This document shows, one piece after another, positions 1-20,351 of a stretch of 64,000 nt of DNA; within the stretch, counting starts at the first letter, position 1, and each line of letters opens with the position of its first letter. Under the pieces are notes generated by a model. The model saw only the letters and a list, made by a program, of their open reading frames with translations, searched no databases and had not been told where the DNA came from. This DNA is from Myxococcota bacterium. GTDB taxonomy: Bacteria > Myxococcota_A > UBA9160 > UBA6930. The stretch lies in assembly GCA_965223415.1 (NCBI GenBank), contig OZ245002.1, positions 5,632,001-5,696,000 of the forward strand. The letters run 5' to 3'. A program made the translations under genes and the position numbers.

Positions 1-93
1 CCGCGGCCGATCCGATCCGGCGACGGAGCGGGTGACCCGCTGACGGCGGGCCAGCTGCTGGGCGCGGCGGGGATTCCTGATCTTCCTCTTCAT
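1..93 (-). CDS. rplR: 50S ribosomal protein L18, N-terminal part (runs off window start)
   Basis: ATG at 93; reads MKRKIRNPRRAQQLARRQRVTRSVAGSDRPR; directly downstream of rplF as in the spc operon. Confidence 0.85.
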   Translation of the reverse strand, partial: MKRKIRNPRRAQQLARRQRVTRSVAGSDRPR

Positions 94-113
94 CTCTTCC
101 TGCCTTCGCGGAC

Positions 114-653
114 CTAGCCGACCGCGGCCTTGCCGACCTTGCGGCGGACGTGTTCGTCGACGTAGCGGACGCCCTTGCCCTTGTAGGGCTCCGGCGGACG
201 CAGGGCGCGGACCTCGGAGGCGAACTGGCCGACCAGCTCCTTGTCCGCGCCCTCGATCTTCACCTTCGTGTTCTCCTCGACGGCGACCGAGAGCCCCTCA
301 GGCACCGGCACGTCGACCGGATGCGAGAAGCCGAGCAGGAGCTTCAGGGTCTTGCCGGCGGCCTCGGCCCGGTAGCCGACGCCGACGATCTCGAGCTCTT
401 TCGTGAAGCCCTGGGTCACGCCTGTGACCATGTTCGCCAGGAGCGCCCGCGCCAGACCGTGGAGGGCTCGGGTCTTCTTGCTCTCGTCGGGTCGGGTGAG
501 GGTCACGCTGCCGTCGCCCACGTCCACCTGGATCTCGGCGGGGAGACGGTTCGAGAGGGTTCCCTTCGGCCCCTTGACCTCGACGACGTCGCCTTCCCGC
601 TTGACGGAGACGCCGCTCGCCAGCTCGATGGGCTGCTTGCCGATGCGCGACAT
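114..653 (-). CDS. rplF: 50S ribosomal protein L6
   Basis: MSRIGKQPI...RPPEPYKGKGVRY. Confidence 0.98.
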   Translation of the reverse strand: MSRIGKQPIELASGVSVKREGDVVEVKGPKGTLSNRLPAEIQVDVGDGSVTLTRPDESKKTRALHGLARALLANMVTGVTQGFTKELEIVGVGYRAEAAGKTLKLLLGFSHPVDVPVPEGLSVAVEENTKVKIEGADKELVGQFASEVRALRPPEPYKGKGVRYVDEHVRRKVGKAAVG

Positions 654-655
654 CT

Positions 656-1051
656 TCACCAGACCTCGCAGACGACTTCGCCACCGACGTTCTGCTCGCG
701 GGCGGAGTCGTCGGAGAGCACGCCCCGGGGCGTGGAGAGGACCGCGACGCCCAGGCCGTTGCGCACCTTCGGCACCTGCTTGGCGCCCACGTAGACGCGC
801 CGGCTGGGCTTGGAGACTCGGCGCAGGCCGTCGATGATCATCCGGCCGTCGTGGCCGTAGCGCAGGGTGAGGCGAAGCAGCGGCTTGCCCTCGTTGGCCT
901 CGACGCTGACGTCCTCGAGGAAGCCTTCGTCCCGCAGGACGCCGGCGATCGCCAGCTTGAGTTTGGAGGAGGGACAGGTCGTCTCCGCATGGCGGGCGAC
1001 GCCCGCGTTGCGAATGCGGGCCAGCATGTCGGCGACGGGATCGGTCATCAT
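656..1051 (-). CDS. rpsH: 30S ribosomal protein S8
   Basis: MMTDPVADMLARIRNA...RVSKPSRRVY...GGEVVCEVW; start trimmed from ORF 656..1315. Confidence 0.97.
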   Translation of the reverse strand: MMTDPVADMLARIRNAGVARHAETTCPSSKLKLAIAGVLRDEGFLEDVSVEANEGKPLLRLTLRYGHDGRMIIDGLRRVSKPSRRVYVGAKQVPKVRNGLGVAVLSTPRGVLSDDSAREQNVGGEVVCEVW

Positions 1052-1056
1052 GGTGC

Positions 1057-1605
1057 TTACCCCTGGTTCCGGAACGGCATGCCGAGGTGGGCGAGCAGCG
1101 CCTTGGCCTCGGCGTCGGTGCCCGCGGAGGTCACCACGGTCACGTTCATGCCGGTGATCTTCTCGACCTGGTCGTAGTCGACTTCCGGAAAGATGATCTG
1201 CTCCCGGATGCCGAGGGTGTAGTTGCCGCGCCCGTCGAAGGCCTTCGGCGACGTGCCGCGGAAATCGCGCACGCGGGGGAGCGCCACGTTCATGAGGCGG
1301 TCGAGGAACTCCCACATGCGCGCTCCGCGCAGGGTCACCATCGTGCCGATAGGCTGGCCCTGGCGCAGCTTGAAGTTCGCGACGGACTTCCGCGCCCGGC
1401 GGATGATCGCCTTCTGACCGGTGATCATCGCCAGCTCCTCCGCCGCCTTCTCCAGCAGCTTGGGATTCTGGGTGGCCTCGCCGAGGCCCACGTTCACCAC
1501 CACCTTCTCGACGGTGGGCACCTGGTGCGCGTTCCCGTAGTTGAACTCGGCGCGGAGCTTCCCGTGGATCTCGGAGCGATAGCGCTCGAGGAGACGCGGC
1601 GTCAT
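1057..1605 (-). CDS. rplE: 50S ribosomal protein L5
   Basis: MTPRLLERY...[13 protein letters not shown]...[22 protein letters not shown] overlaps the rplN stop (TGATG). Confidence 0.97.
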   Translation of the reverse strand: MTPRLLERYRSEIHGKLRAEFNYGNAHQVPTVEKVVVNVGLGEATQNPKLLEKAAEELAMITGQKAIIRRARKSVANFKLRQGQPIGTMVTLRGARMWEFLDRLMNVALPRVRDFRGTSPKAFDGRGNYTLGIREQIIFPEVDYDQVEKITGMNVTVVTSAGTDAEAKALLAHLGMPFRNQG

Positions 1606-1973
1606 CACAGCACCTCCGGTGCGAGAGAGATGATCTTCATGAAACGCCGGGCCCGGAGCTCCCGGGCCACCGGCCCGAAGATGCGGGTCCCGACCGGCTC
1701 CTTGGCCTGGTCGAGGAGGACGGCCGCGTTGTCGTCGAACTTGATGTACGAGCCGTCCGGTCGCGAGATGCCCTTGCGGGTGCGAACGACGACGGCTCGC
1801 CGAACCTCGCCCTTCTTGACGCGGGCGTTCGGAATGGCGTCTTTTACGGCCACGACGATGATGTCCCCGATCGAGGCGTACTTGCGCCGGGTGCCCCCGA
1901 GCACGCGGATGCAGGCGACCTTCCGCGCGCCCGAGTTGTCGGCGACTTCCAGCGTCGATTCCGGCTGGATCAT
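1605..1973 (-). CDS. rplN: 50S ribosomal protein L14
   Basis: [16 protein letters not shown]...[12 protein letters not shown]. Confidence 0.98.
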   Translation of the reverse strand: MIQPESTLEVADNSGARKVACIRVLGGTRRKYASIGDIIVVAVKDAIPNARVKKGEVRRAVVVRTRKGISRPDGSYIKFDDNAAVLLDQAKEPVGTRIFGPVARELRARRFMKIISLAPEVL

Positions 1974-2029
1974 GCCTTTTCTCCACGAGTCTGGAGTTCC
2001 GGCTGGATCATGGTTCCTTCTCCGCCCGC

Positions 2030-2293
2030 CTAGACCTGGGTCGACTTCTCGAGGGTCGACTGCACCTTCCAGCGCTTTCGCTTGGAGAGCGGCCGATGCT
2101 CGATGATCTGGACCCGATCGCCCACGGCGCAGCCATTTTCCTCGTCGTGGGCCATGAAACGGGCATGGCGCCGCACGTACTTCTGGTAGCGGGGATCCTT
2201 GACGAGGCGCTCGACGCGAACGACGACGGTCTTGTCCATCTTGTCGCTCACGACAACGCCTTCCAGGGTCCGTCGACTTCCACGCTCACTCAC
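2030..2293 (-). CDS. rpsQ: 30S ribosomal protein S17
   Basis: GTG start; [14 protein letters not shown]...RPLSKRKRW. Confidence 0.96.
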   Translation of the reverse strand: MSERGSRRTLEGVVVSDKMDKTVVVRVERLVKDPRYQKYVRRHARFMAHDEENGCAVGDRVQIIEHRPLSKRKRWKVQSTLEKSTQV

Positions 2294-2488
2294 CGGTCTT
2301 CTCCACGCTCTTCTCACGGAGGATCGTCTCGACGCGGGCCACGTCGCGGCGGAGGGTCCGCAGCTTCGCCGTGTCCTCGAGCTGGCCCGTAGCCTTTCGC
2401 AGGCGGATGCTCACCAGCTCGGTCCGCAGCTCCTCGCCCTTCGCCAGGAGCTCCTCCGTCGACAGGTCTCTCAGCTCTCCCGCCGTCA

Positions 2489-2489
<1 letters not shown>
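2286..2489 (-). CDS. rpmC: 50S ribosomal protein L29
   Basis: [14 protein letters not shown]...[12 protein letters not shown]; lies between rplP and rpsQ. Confidence 0.95.
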
Positions 2490-2902
<413 letters not shown>

Positions 2903-2904
2903 GC

Positions 2905-3585
2905 CTACCTCACCCCGTCGTCGGTGATGCGCTGGGTGAGCGTGCCCTGCCGCAGCTCGGTGGGGGCCACGTCGCCCTTGAAGATCCAGACCTTCACGCC
3001 GATCACGCCGTAGGTCGTCTTGGCTTCGGCGGTCCCGAACTCGATGTCGGCGCGCAGCGTGTGGAGGGGGACGCGCCCTTCGGCATAGCGCTCTCGGCGC
3101 CCCATCTCCGCGCCGCCCAGCCGGCCGCCGCACTCGATGCGGATTCCCTTGGCCCCGAACTTCATCGTCGAAGTCATCGCCTTCTTCATCGCCCGTCGGA
3201 ACGCCACCCGGCGCTCGAGCTGGAGCGCGATGTTCTCGGCCACGAGCTGGGCGTCGAGCTCCGCCTTCCGGATCTCCTTGATGTTGATGAAGATCTCGTG
3301 GGGCGTGTGCTGCTTCAGCTCCGCCCGCAGCACCTCCACCTCGGCGCCGCGCTTCCCGATCAGGATGCCGGGACGGGCCGTGTGGATGTTGATCACGCAC
3401 TTCTCGCCGGTGCGGTCGATGACCACCTTGGAGATGCCCGCGTGGTAGAGCTTCTTCTTGATGTGCTTGCGGATGGCGTGGTCTTCGAGGACCTGGTCGG
3501 CGTAGCGACGCTCCTCGTACCAGTTGGACTTCCATCCGTAGAGGGTCCCCAGGCGGAATCCATAGGGGTGGACTTTTTGTCCCAC
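2905..3585 (-). CDS. rpsC: 30S ribosomal protein S3
   Basis: [13 protein letters not shown]...[12 protein letters not shown]...[10 protein letters not shown]. Confidence 0.98.
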   Translation of the reverse strand: MGQKVHPYGFRLGTLYGWKSNWYEERRYADQVLEDHAIRKHIKKKLYHAGISKVVIDRTGEKCVINIHTARPGILIGKRGAEVEVLRAELKQHTPHEIFINIKEIRKAELDAQLVAENIALQLERRVAFRRAMKKAMTSTMKFGAKGIRIECGGRLGGAEMGRRERYAEGRVPLHTLRADIEFGTAEAKTTYGVIGVKVWIFKGDVAPTELRQGTLTQRITDDGVR

Positions 3586-3936
3586 CTAGCGCTCCTCCAG
3601 CTCGACGGCGATGTGACTGGTCTTGTGCTGGATCCACGCGGCGCGGCCCTGGGCCCGCGCGCGGATCCGCCACATCTTCGACCCTTCATCCACCGTGATC
3701 TTCGAGACGATCAGGTTGTCGATGTCGATGCCCGCCTTGTCGCGGGCGTTCTTCTCTTCGGCGTTTGCCACGGCAGAACGCACGAGCTTGGCAAGCGGGC
3801 GGGCGACACGCTTGGGCGACAGGTCGAGCAGGTTGAGCGCGTCTTCGACTTGCCGGCCCCGGATCACGTCCGCCACGAGCCGCGCCTTGCGCGCGCTCAC
3901 GCGGTAGTTGTTGAGCTTGGCGATCGAGGAGGCCAT
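3586..3936 (-). CDS. rplV: 50S ribosomal protein L22
   Basis: [16 protein letters not shown]...RARAQGRA...TSHI. Confidence 0.97.
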   Translation of the reverse strand: MASSIAKLNNYRVSARKARLVADVIRGRQVEDALNLLDLSPKRVARPLAKLVRSAVANAEEKNARDKAGIDIDNLIVSKITVDEGSKMWRIRARAQGRAAWIQHKTSHIAVELEER

Positions 3937-4211
3937 CAGCGCCTGACCTTCTTGTCCGTGGCATGGCCCGTGAACTTGCGCGTGGGCGCGAACTCGCCGA
4001 GGCGGTGGCCTACCATGTTCTCCGTCACGTAGACGGGCATGAAGAGCTTGCCGTTGTGGACGTGAAAGGTGAGCCCGACCATTTCGGGTGTGATCATCGA
4101 GCGCCGCGACCAGGTCTTGATGACCTGCTTCGAATCCGTCGCCACGGCGGCATCGACCTTCTTCTGAAGGCTCGTATCGACGAACGGGCCCTTCTTGAGT
4201 GAGCGCGCCAC
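3936..4211 (-). CDS. rpsS: 30S ribosomal protein S19
   Basis: GTG start; [11 protein letters not shown]...IKTWSRRS...[11 protein letters not shown]. Confidence 0.97.
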   Translation of the reverse strand: MARSLKKGPFVDTSLQKKVDAAVATDSKQVIKTWSRRSMITPEMVGLTFHVHNGKLFMPVYVTENMVGHRLGEFAPTRKFTGHATDKKVRR

Positions 4212-5041
4212 TACTTCTTCCCCCGCCGCTTGACGATGTACTTGTCGGAACGGTGGTTGCTGCGGGTCTTGTGACCCTTCGTGGGCTTGCCCCACGGCGT
4301 ACACGGATGGCGGCCGCCGGAGCTCTTGCCCTCGCCGCCGCCCATGGGATGATCCACCGGGTTCATGGCCACTCCCCGGACGTTGGGGCGCTTGCCCTTC
4401 CAGCGGGCGCGCCCGGCCTTGCCGATGCGCTGGTTCTCGTGCTCCAGGTTGCCCACCTGGCCCACGGTCGCCATGCACTTCACGTGGATCATGCGGTTCT
4501 CGCCGCTCGGCATGCGCAGGGTCACGTACTTGCCCTCGCGAGCCATCAGCTGGGCGCCTGTCCCGGCGGCCCGCACGAGCTGCGCGCCCTTGCCGGGCTT
4601 CATCTCGATGGCATGGAGGACCGTGCCCAGGGGAATCCTCTCGAGGGGCAGCGCGTTGCCGGGCCGGATCTCGGCCTCGGGACCGGACTGCACCGTATCC
4701 CCCACCCGCAGGCCGGCGGGCGCCAGGATGTAGCGCTTCTCGCCGTCGGCGTAGTGGAGGAGCGCGATCCGCGCCGAGCGGTTCGGGTCGTACTCGATCC
4801 CCGCCACCTTGGCCGGCACGCCTTCCTTGTTGCGCCGGAAGTCGATCGCCCGGTAGCGGCGCTTGTGGCCGCCGCCCCGGTGCCAGGAGGTCACGCGGCC
4901 GTAGCCATTGCGACCGCCGCTCTTCTTGACGAGACCCGTGACGAGCGACCGCTCGGGCTTCGCACGGGTCACTTCCGCGAAGTCCGAGACGCTCATCTTG
5001 CGTCGCCCCGGCGACGTCGGCTTGTAGATGCGAACCGGCAC
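4211..5041 (-). CDS. rplB: 50S ribosomal protein L2
   Basis: [13 protein letters not shown]...[17 protein letters not shown]. Confidence 0.98.
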   Translation of the reverse strand: MPVRIYKPTSPGRRKMSVSDFAEVTRAKPERSLVTGLVKKSGGRNGYGRVTSWHRGGGHKRRYRAIDFRRNKEGVPAKVAGIEYDPNRSARIALLHYADGEKRYILAPAGLRVGDTVQSGPEAEIRPGNALPLERIPLGTVLHAIEMKPGKGAQLVRAAGTGAQLMAREGKYVTLRMPSGENRMIHVKCMATVGQVGNLEHENQRIGKAGRARWKGKRPNVRGVAMNPVDHPMGGGEGKSSGGRHPCTPWGKPTKGHKTRSNHRSDKYIVKRRGKK

Positions 5042-5045
5042 GACT

Positions 5046-5333
5046 CTAGACTCCTTCGTAGAACTCGATGGTCTGGCCCTCGGCCAGCGTGACCATCGCC
5101 TTCTTCCACTCCGACTTGCGGCCGGTGAACTTCCCCACCCGGCGGCTCTTTCGGGGCATCCGGATCGTGCGCACGTCCAGGACGTCCACCTGCCAGATCG
5201 CCTCGACGGCCTGCTTGATCTGCGCCTTGTTCGCGTGGGGATTCACGGCCAGGGTCACCACGTTCGCGAGCTCGCGGGAGATGGTGCTCTTCTCCGTGAC
5301 CACCGGGCGCAGCACGATGTCCTGGACCTTCAT
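5046..5333 (-). CDS. rplW: 50S ribosomal protein L23
   Basis: PVVTEKS...[11 protein letters not shown]...WKKAMVTL. Confidence 0.96.
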   Translation of the reverse strand: MKVQDIVLRPVVTEKSTISRELANVVTLAVNPHANKAQIKQAVEAIWQVDVLDVRTIRMPRKSRRVGKFTGRKSEWKKAMVTLAEGQTIEFYEGV

Positions 5334-5977
5334 GCCGAGGCCTCCGGGGCAGCGCCGAGGCGCGCATGGATCTTCTCGAGCGCGCCCTGCACGATCAGCA
5401 GCTTCTCGTGACGCAGCACGTCGTGGACGTTCAGGCCCTCGGCGCGGACCACGCCGACCCGCGGCAGGTTCCGGGCGGAACGCTCGAGCTGCGGCGCCGG
5501 CTCGGGAATCACGATCAGCACGCTCGCATCGCCCAGGCCCAGGGCGTTCAGACCCTCGACGACGCGGCGGGTCTTGAACTCGTCCAGCTCGAAGGCATCG
5601 GCCACGGCGACGGCGCCTTCCCGCTGGCGCAAGGAGAGCGCTCCGCGCAGGGCGGCGCGGCGGGTCTTCTTCGTGAGCTTGTGCTCGTAGCCTCGCGGCA
5701 CCGGCCCGAAGACCGAGCCGCCGCCCGCGAACTGGGGCGCCCGGGTCGTGCCTTGCCGGGCGCGTCCGGTGCCCTTCTGGCGGTAGGGCTTCGCACCGCC
5801 GCCGGAGACCGCGGAGCGGTTCTTCGTGGCATGGGTGCCCGCCCGGCGCCGGGAGAGCTGACGCCGCACCTCGGCGTGGAAGAGATGGGGCTTCACGGCA
5901 GCCTCGAACACCACCGGATCGAGATCGGCCGAGCCGGCCTTGCCCCCAGAGGTCGTCGTGACGTCTACGGTCGCCAT
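5330..5977 (-). CDS. rplD: 50S ribosomal protein L4
   Basis: [30 protein letters not shown]. Confidence 0.97.
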   Translation of the reverse strand: MATVDVTTTSGGKAGSADLDPVVFEAAVKPHLFHAEVRRQLSRRRAGTHATKNRSAVSGGGAKPYRQKGTGRARQGTTRAPQFAGGGSVFGPVPRGYEHKLTKKTRRAALRGALSLRQREGAVAVADAFELDEFKTRRVVEGLNALGLGDASVLIVIPEPAPQLERSARNLPRVGVVRAEGLNVHDVLRHEKLLIVQGALEKIHARLGAAPEASA

Positions 5978-5979
5978 GG

Positions 5980-6294
5980 CTAGAGCTTGATCTCCACGTC
6001 CACGCCGGCGGCCAGCTCGAGCTTCATCAGGGCGTCCACGGTCTGCGGCGTGGGATCGAGGATGTCGATCAGCCGCTTGTGGGTGCGCATCTCGAACTGC
6101 TCCCGCGACTTCTTGTCGATGTGGGGGCCGCGCAGCACGGTGTACTTGTTGATGGCCGTCGGTAGCGGAATCGGTCCCGCCACCCGGGCGCCGGTCCGAA
6201 TGGCCGTATCGACGATCTCCCCGGCGCTCTGGTCGAGGAGCTTGTAGTCGTAGGCCTTCATCCGAATCCGGATCTTCGCTGAAACATCCGCCAT
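5980..6294 (-). CDS. rpsJ: 30S ribosomal protein S10
   Basis: [14 protein letters not shown]...GPIPLPT...[16 protein letters not shown]. Confidence 0.98.
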   Translation of the reverse strand: MADVSAKIRIRMKAYDYKLLDQSAGEIVDTAIRTGARVAGPIPLPTAINKYTVLRGPHIDKKSREQFEMRTHKRLIDILDPTPQTVDALMKLELAAGVDVEIKL

Positions 6295-6298
6295 GTTG

Positions 6299-7489
<1,191 letters not shown>

Positions 7490-7555
7490 CCTGCTCTCCG
7501 TTGATGGGGCCGTGGGCCCGCCGGTCATTGCCGTTGCTGGCGGTCGGCCCGCCGG

Positions 7556-9634
7556 TCAGTAGATCTTCACGATCCCGCCGGCGACAGCCGGCGGAACTTC
7601 CGAATAGGTCGAGAACTGCATCGTGTAGTTCGCGCGCCCCTGGGTCATGGAACGCAGCGAGTTCACGTAGCCGAACATCTCGGCGAGGGGCACTTCGGCC
7701 CGGATCACCTGGGCGCCGCCCTGCAGATCGAGGCCGGTGATCTGGCCGCGGCGGCTGTTCAGGTCACCCTGCACCGGGCCGACGAACTCCTCCGGCGTCA
7801 CCACCTCGACGCTCATCATCGGCTCCAGGAGCACGGAGCCCGCGCTGCGCAGGGCCTCCCGCGTCGCGATCGAGCCGGCGATCTTGAAGGAACGCTCCGA
7901 GGAATCCACGTCGTGGGCCTGGCCGTCGAGCAACGTCACCTTCACGTCGACCACCGGGAAGCCCGCGAGCTCGCCGGCGGTGCAGGCCTCCTCGCAGCCC
8001 TGGCGCACCGGCCCGACGAACTCCTTCGGGACGGCGCCACCTTTCACCGCGTTCTCGAAGGTGAAGCGGCTTCCCGGCTCACCGGGCTCGAGGGCGAGCT
8101 TCACCACCGCGTAGTCCCCGGAGCCGCCGGTCTGCTTGATGTAGCGGCCCTCGGCCTTCGCGGTCCGGGTGACCGTCTCCTTGTAGGCGACCTGGGGCCG
8201 GCCGACGTTGGCGCTCACGCCGAACTCGCGCACCAGGCGATCGGTGATGATCTCCAGGTGCAGCTCGCCCATGCCGGAGACGAGGGTCTGGCCCGTCTCC
8301 TCGTCCGTCGTCACCTGGAAGGTCGGATCCTCGGCCGCCAACCGGTCGAGGGAGGTGGCCAGCTTCTCCATGTCGGCCTTGGTCTTGGCCTCGACGGCGA
8401 TCGAGATGACCGGCACCGGGAAGTCGATGGACTCGAGCAGGATCGGGTGCTGGGGGTGGCAGAGGGTCTGCCCGGTGGCGACGCCCTTCAGTCCGACCAC
8501 CGCAGCGATGTCGCCGGCGAAGATCTCCGGGATCTCTTCGCGCTTGTTCGCGTGCATCTGCAGCAGGCGCCCGATGCGCTCCTTCTTCCCGGTCACCGCG
8601 TTCAGCACCTGATCGCCGGTCTTGGCCCGCCCCGAGTAGACGCGGATGTAGGTCAGGTGGCCGACGTGCTTGTCCGTGGCGATCTTGAAGGCGAGGGCCG
8701 AGAAGGGCTCGCTGAGATCGGGCTTGCGGAGGACCTTCTCCTCCTTGCCCGGAACCGTTCCCTCCACCGGCGGTACGTCCAGGGGCGAGGGCAGCAGGTC
8801 GACCGCCGCATCGAGGAGGGGCTGCACGCCTTTGTTCCGGAAGGCGGAGCCGCACAGCACCGGGACGATCTGGAGCGACAGGGTCGCCTCGCGCAGCGCT
8901 TTCACGACGGACTCGACCGGGATCTCGGCGCCGTCCAGGTAGGCCGCCATCAGGTCCTCGTCGACGTCCGCCGCCGCCTCGATCGCCTTCTCGCGGTGCT
9001 CCGAGGCCGTGTCCTGGAGGTCCTCGGGGATCGGCTCCTCGTGGAAGGTCGCGCCGAGCTCGGTGCCGTCCCAGACGAGCGCCTTCTCACGGACCAGGTC
9101 GACGACACCGCGGAAGTTCTCGGCCTCGCCGATCGGCAGCTGGAGGGCGATGGGGTTGGCACCCAGACGCTCGCGGATCATCTCGAGCACGCGGGGAAAG
9201 TCCGCACCGACCCGGTCCATCTTGTTCACGAAGGCGATGCGCGGCACCCGGTAGCGGTCGGCCTGGCGCCAGACCGTCTCGGACTGGGGCTCGACGCCGC
9301 CCACGCCACAGAACACGGCGACCGCACCGTCGAGGACGCGGAGCGAGCGCTCCACCTCGACCGTGAAATCCACGTGGCCCGGTGTGTCGATGATGTTGAT
9401 GCGGTGGTCCTTCCAGAAGCAGGTCGTCGCGGCGGAGGTGATCGTGATGCCCCGCTCCTGCTCCTGCTCCATCCAGTCCATGGTGGCGGCGCCGTCGTGG
9501 ACCTCGCCGATCTTGTAGGTGACGCCCGTGTAGTAGAGGACGCGCTCGGTCGTGGTCGTCTTCCCGGCATCGATGTGCGCCATGATGCCGAGATTGCGCG
9601 TGCGCTCGAGAGATGTGGTCGGGGTCGGGGTCAT
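7556..9634 (-). CDS. fusA: Elongation factor G
   Basis: [32 protein letters not shown]; between rpsG and tuf. Confidence 0.97.
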   Translation of the reverse strand: MTPTPTTSLERTRNLGIMAHIDAGKTTTTERVLYYTGVTYKIGEVHDGAATMDWMEQEQERGITITSAATTCFWKDHRINIIDTPGHVDFTVEVERSLRVLDGAVAVFCGVGGVEPQSETVWRQADRYRVPRIAFVNKMDRVGADFPRVLEMIRERLGANPIALQLPIGEAENFRGVVDLVREKALVWDGTELGATFHEEPIPEDLQDTASEHREKAIEAAADVDEDLMAAYLDGAEIPVESVVKALREATLSLQIVPVLCGSAFRNKGVQPLLDAAVDLLPSPLDVPPVEGTVPGKEEKVLRKPDLSEPFSALAFKIATDKHVGHLTYIRVYSGRAKTGDQVLNAVTGKKERIGRLLQMHANKREEIPEIFAGDIAAVVGLKGVATGQTLCHPQHPILLESIDFPVPVISIAVEAKTKADMEKLATSLDRLAAEDPTFQVTTDEETGQTLVSGMGELHLEIITDRLVREFGVSANVGRPQVAYKETVTRTAKAEGRYIKQTGGSGDYAVVKLALEPGEPGSRFTFENAVKGGAVPKEFVGPVRQGCEEACTAGELAGFPVVDVKVTLLDGQAHDVDSSERSFKIAGSIATREALRSAGSVLLEPMMSVEVVTPEEFVGPVQGDLNSRRGQITGLDLQGGAQVIRAEVPLAEMFGYVNSLRSMTQGRANYTMQFSTYSEVPPAVAGGIVKIY

Positions 9635-9678
9635 GGTTCGACTCGCGCTGCTGCGCTCTACGCCGTCGCCTCCCTCGC

Positions 9679-10149
9679 CTACCAGCGGTAGTGCGAGAAG
9701 GCCTTGTTGGCATCCGCCATGCGGTGGGTGTCTTCGCGCTTCTTCACGGCCTCGCCCTGCTCGTTGGCCGCGTCGATCAGCTCGTTGGCGAGCTTGTCCT
9801 TCATGCTCTTGCCGCTGCGGGAACGCGCCGAGCTCACGAGCCAGCGCATCGCCAGGGAGGTGGCGCGCTCCGGGCGCACCTCGATCGGAACCTGGTAGGT
9901 CGCACCGCCGACGCGGCGAGACTTCACCTCGATCCGCGGCCGCACGTTGTCCAGGGCCCGCCGGAACATCGCCAGGGGGTCGTTGCGGGTCTTCTGCTCG
10001 ATTTCGTCGAAGGCGCCGTAGAGGATGCGCTCCGCGGTGCTCTTCTTGCCGTCGAGCATGATGATGTTCATGAAGCGGGTGACCATCCGGTCCGCGTACT
10101 TGGGGTCCGGAAGGACTTCGCGCTTGGGGACTTCTCGGCGTCGCGGCAT
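9679..10149 (-). CDS. rpsG: 30S ribosomal protein S7
   Basis: MPRRREV...[13 protein letters not shown]...[15 protein letters not shown]. Confidence 0.98.
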   Translation of the reverse strand: MPRRREVPKREVLPDPKYADRMVTRFMNIIMLDGKKSTAERILYGAFDEIEQKTRNDPLAMFRRALDNVRPRIEVKSRRVGGATYQVPIEVRPERATSLAMRWLVSSARSRSGKSMKDKLANELIDAANEQGEAVKKREDTHRMADANKAFSHYRW

Positions 10150-10204
10150 GCGTTCCTCGAGACGGCTCGCGGCGACCGGGAGGGCCCGATCGCCGCGGCG
10201 AAGA

Positions 10205-10576
10205 TTACTTGGGTCGCTTGGCTCCGTACTTGGAGCGGCTCTGGTTCCGGTCGGCGACCCCCGTCGAATCCAGGGTGCCGCGCACGATGTGGTAGCGGAC
10301 GCCCGGGAGATCCTTGACGCGGCCGCCCCGCACGAGCACCACCGAGTGCTCTTGAAGCGTGTGGCCGACGCCGGGGATGTAGGCGTTCACTTCCCGGCCG
10401 TTGGTCAGCCGCACCCGCGCGACCTTGCGAAGCGCCGAGTTGGGCTTCTTCGGCGTCGCCGTGAAGACGCGGATGCACACGCCGCGCCGCTGGGGACACG
10501 ACTGCAGGTCCGGAGCCTTCGAGAGCTTCGGCTTGCGGGCGCGGCCCTTGCGGATGAGCTGTTGGACGGTGGGCAT
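10205..10576 (-). CDS. rpsL: 30S ribosomal protein S12
   Basis: [12 protein letters not shown]...[11 protein letters not shown]...[12 protein letters not shown]. Confidence 0.98.
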   Translation of the reverse strand: MPTVQQLIRKGRARKPKLSKAPDLQSCPQRRGVCIRVFTATPKKPNSALRKVARVRLTNGREVNAYIPGVGHTLQEHSVVLVRGGRVKDLPGVRYHIVRGTLDSTGVADRNQSRSKYGAKRPK

Positions 10577-10782
10577 GGAATCTCCGCGTGTCCGGGTAGG
10601 TCCCGGCTTGCGAGGGGTTCGGGTGTGGAGGACGCGGTGTGCGGAGGGGCGCGAAACGACAACGAGCCCTTGCGGCGACACCCTTCACCCGCGAGGAGAC
10701 CGGAGCCGGGGCTCGGGAGATTCTCCTCGCCGGCGAGGCGGCCGAAGGTGGCAACTACCCTCGCAGACCGAGAAACCGCAGC

Positions 10783-10810
10783 ATCTTAACGGGCTTGCGA
10801 TCCCTGTCAA
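10783..10810 (-). promoter_or_regulatory. Sigma70-type promoter for the str/S10/spc transcript
   Basis: Minus strand reads TTGACA-N16-TAAGAT in the rpoC-rpsL intergenic region. Confidence 0.7.
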
Positions 10811-10864
10811 CGTGCCCGAGAAGGGCCAGAAGGTGAGGAAGCGGGGCCAAAGGGACCCGCTGAA

Positions 10865-15031
<4,167 letters not shown>

Positions 15032-15044
15032 GTGATCGGTCCCC

Positions 15045-19232
<4,188 letters not shown>

Positions 19233-19319
19233 TCTGTCACCTCGGTTGGAGGTTGCGGACACGGTACGGACGCGGCAGGACGCCCCGGGCGCGCGCCCGG
19301 GACGCCTCGGGAGCAGGAG

Positions 19320-19697
19320 CTACTTGACGTCGACCTGACCGCCGGCGCCCTCGATCTGCTCCTTGATCTTGTCCGCCTCGTCCTTCTCGACGCCTTCCTT
19401 CACGGCCTTCGGAGCGCCCTCGACGAGCTCCTTGGCCTCCTTCAGGCCCAGGCCGGTGATCGCGCGGACCTCCTTGATGACCTGGATCTTCTTGTCGCCG
19501 GCGGACAGCAGGATCACGTCGAACTCGGTCTTCTCCTCGGCGGCGGCCTCGCCGCCGCCGGCGCCGGGCGCAGCCGCCACCGCGACGGGCGCGGCAGCGG
19601 TGACGCCCCACTTCTCCTCGAGAAGCTTGGAGAGCTCCGCCGCTTCCATGACGGTGAGCTCCGAGAGCTGGTCGGCAATTGCGTTCAGATCGGCCAT
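19320..19697 (-). CDS. rplL: 50S ribosomal protein L7/L12
   Basis: [10 protein letters not shown]...[24 protein letters not shown]. Confidence 0.98.
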   Translation of the reverse strand: MADLNAIADQLSELTVMEAAELSKLLEEKWGVTAAAPVAVAAAPGAGGGEAAAEEKTEFDVILLSAGDKKIQVIKEVRAITGLGLKEAKELVEGAPKAVKEGVEKDEADKIKEQIEGAGGQVDVK

Positions 19698-19792
19698 GGT
19701 GGTTCTACCTTCCAATGTCGGGCGGTCCGAGCGGATCCCAGGGGACCCTCCCGCCCCGTGCAGGGGTTGACTGTGAAACCTGGACGGCGCGC

Positions 19793-20335
19793 CTAGGCGC
19801 CGCCGGACTCCTCGAGCTGGGCTCGGCGGGCGTCCGTCACCCGGGCGAGCTGGGACGCGGGGGCCGCGAGGACCGCCGCGATCTTCTGGGCCGGCGCCTG
19901 GAGCAGGCCGACGATCTTGCCGCGCAGCTCATCGAGCCCGGGCAGGGTGGCGAGGGTGCCGATCTCGCCGGTGTCGACCGCGCGGCCGTCGAGCAGGCCG
20001 CCCTTGATCTCGAAGGCCTCGTTCTCGTCGGCATAGCCGACGAGAACCTTCGCCAGGCCCACCGGATCTCCGTAGGAGATGGCCACCGCGGTCGGTCCGA
20101 CGAAGTGCTCGTTCAGCGCCTCGGCGGAGCTTCCCTCCGCAGCGCGCTTCAGCACCGAGTTCTTGACGACCCGGTACTCGTACTCGCCGTCCCCCTCGGT
20201 GTGGAGCTGGCTTCGGAGGCCGTTGACCGACATCACGTCGATGCCGCGGTAGTCGGCCAAAATGATGGTGCTCGCCTTCTCGAACTTCTCCTTGAGTTCG
20301 GCGACGGCTTCCTGCTTCTTTGCGTAGGTCAGCAT
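19793..20335 (-). CDS. rplJ: 50S ribosomal protein L10
   Basis: KQEAVAEL...ADYRGI...YRVVKNSV...GPTAVA; between rplA and rplL. Confidence 0.96.
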   Translation of the reverse strand: MLTYAKKQEAVAELKEKFEKASTIILADYRGIDVMSVNGLRSQLHTEGDGEYEYRVVKNSVLKRAAEGSSAEALNEHFVGPTAVAISYGDPVGLAKVLVGYADENEAFEIKGGLLDGRAVDTGEIGTLATLPGLDELRGKIVGLLQAPAQKIAAVLAAPASQLARVTDARRAQLEESGGA

Positions 20336-20351
20336 TTCGTTGCGCTCCCGC

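Noticed and set aside
19284..19301. CCCGGGC-GCGC-GCCCGGG hairpin between rplL and rpoB as an attenuator
   Set aside because: No U-tract, and such palindromes are expected by chance at this GC content
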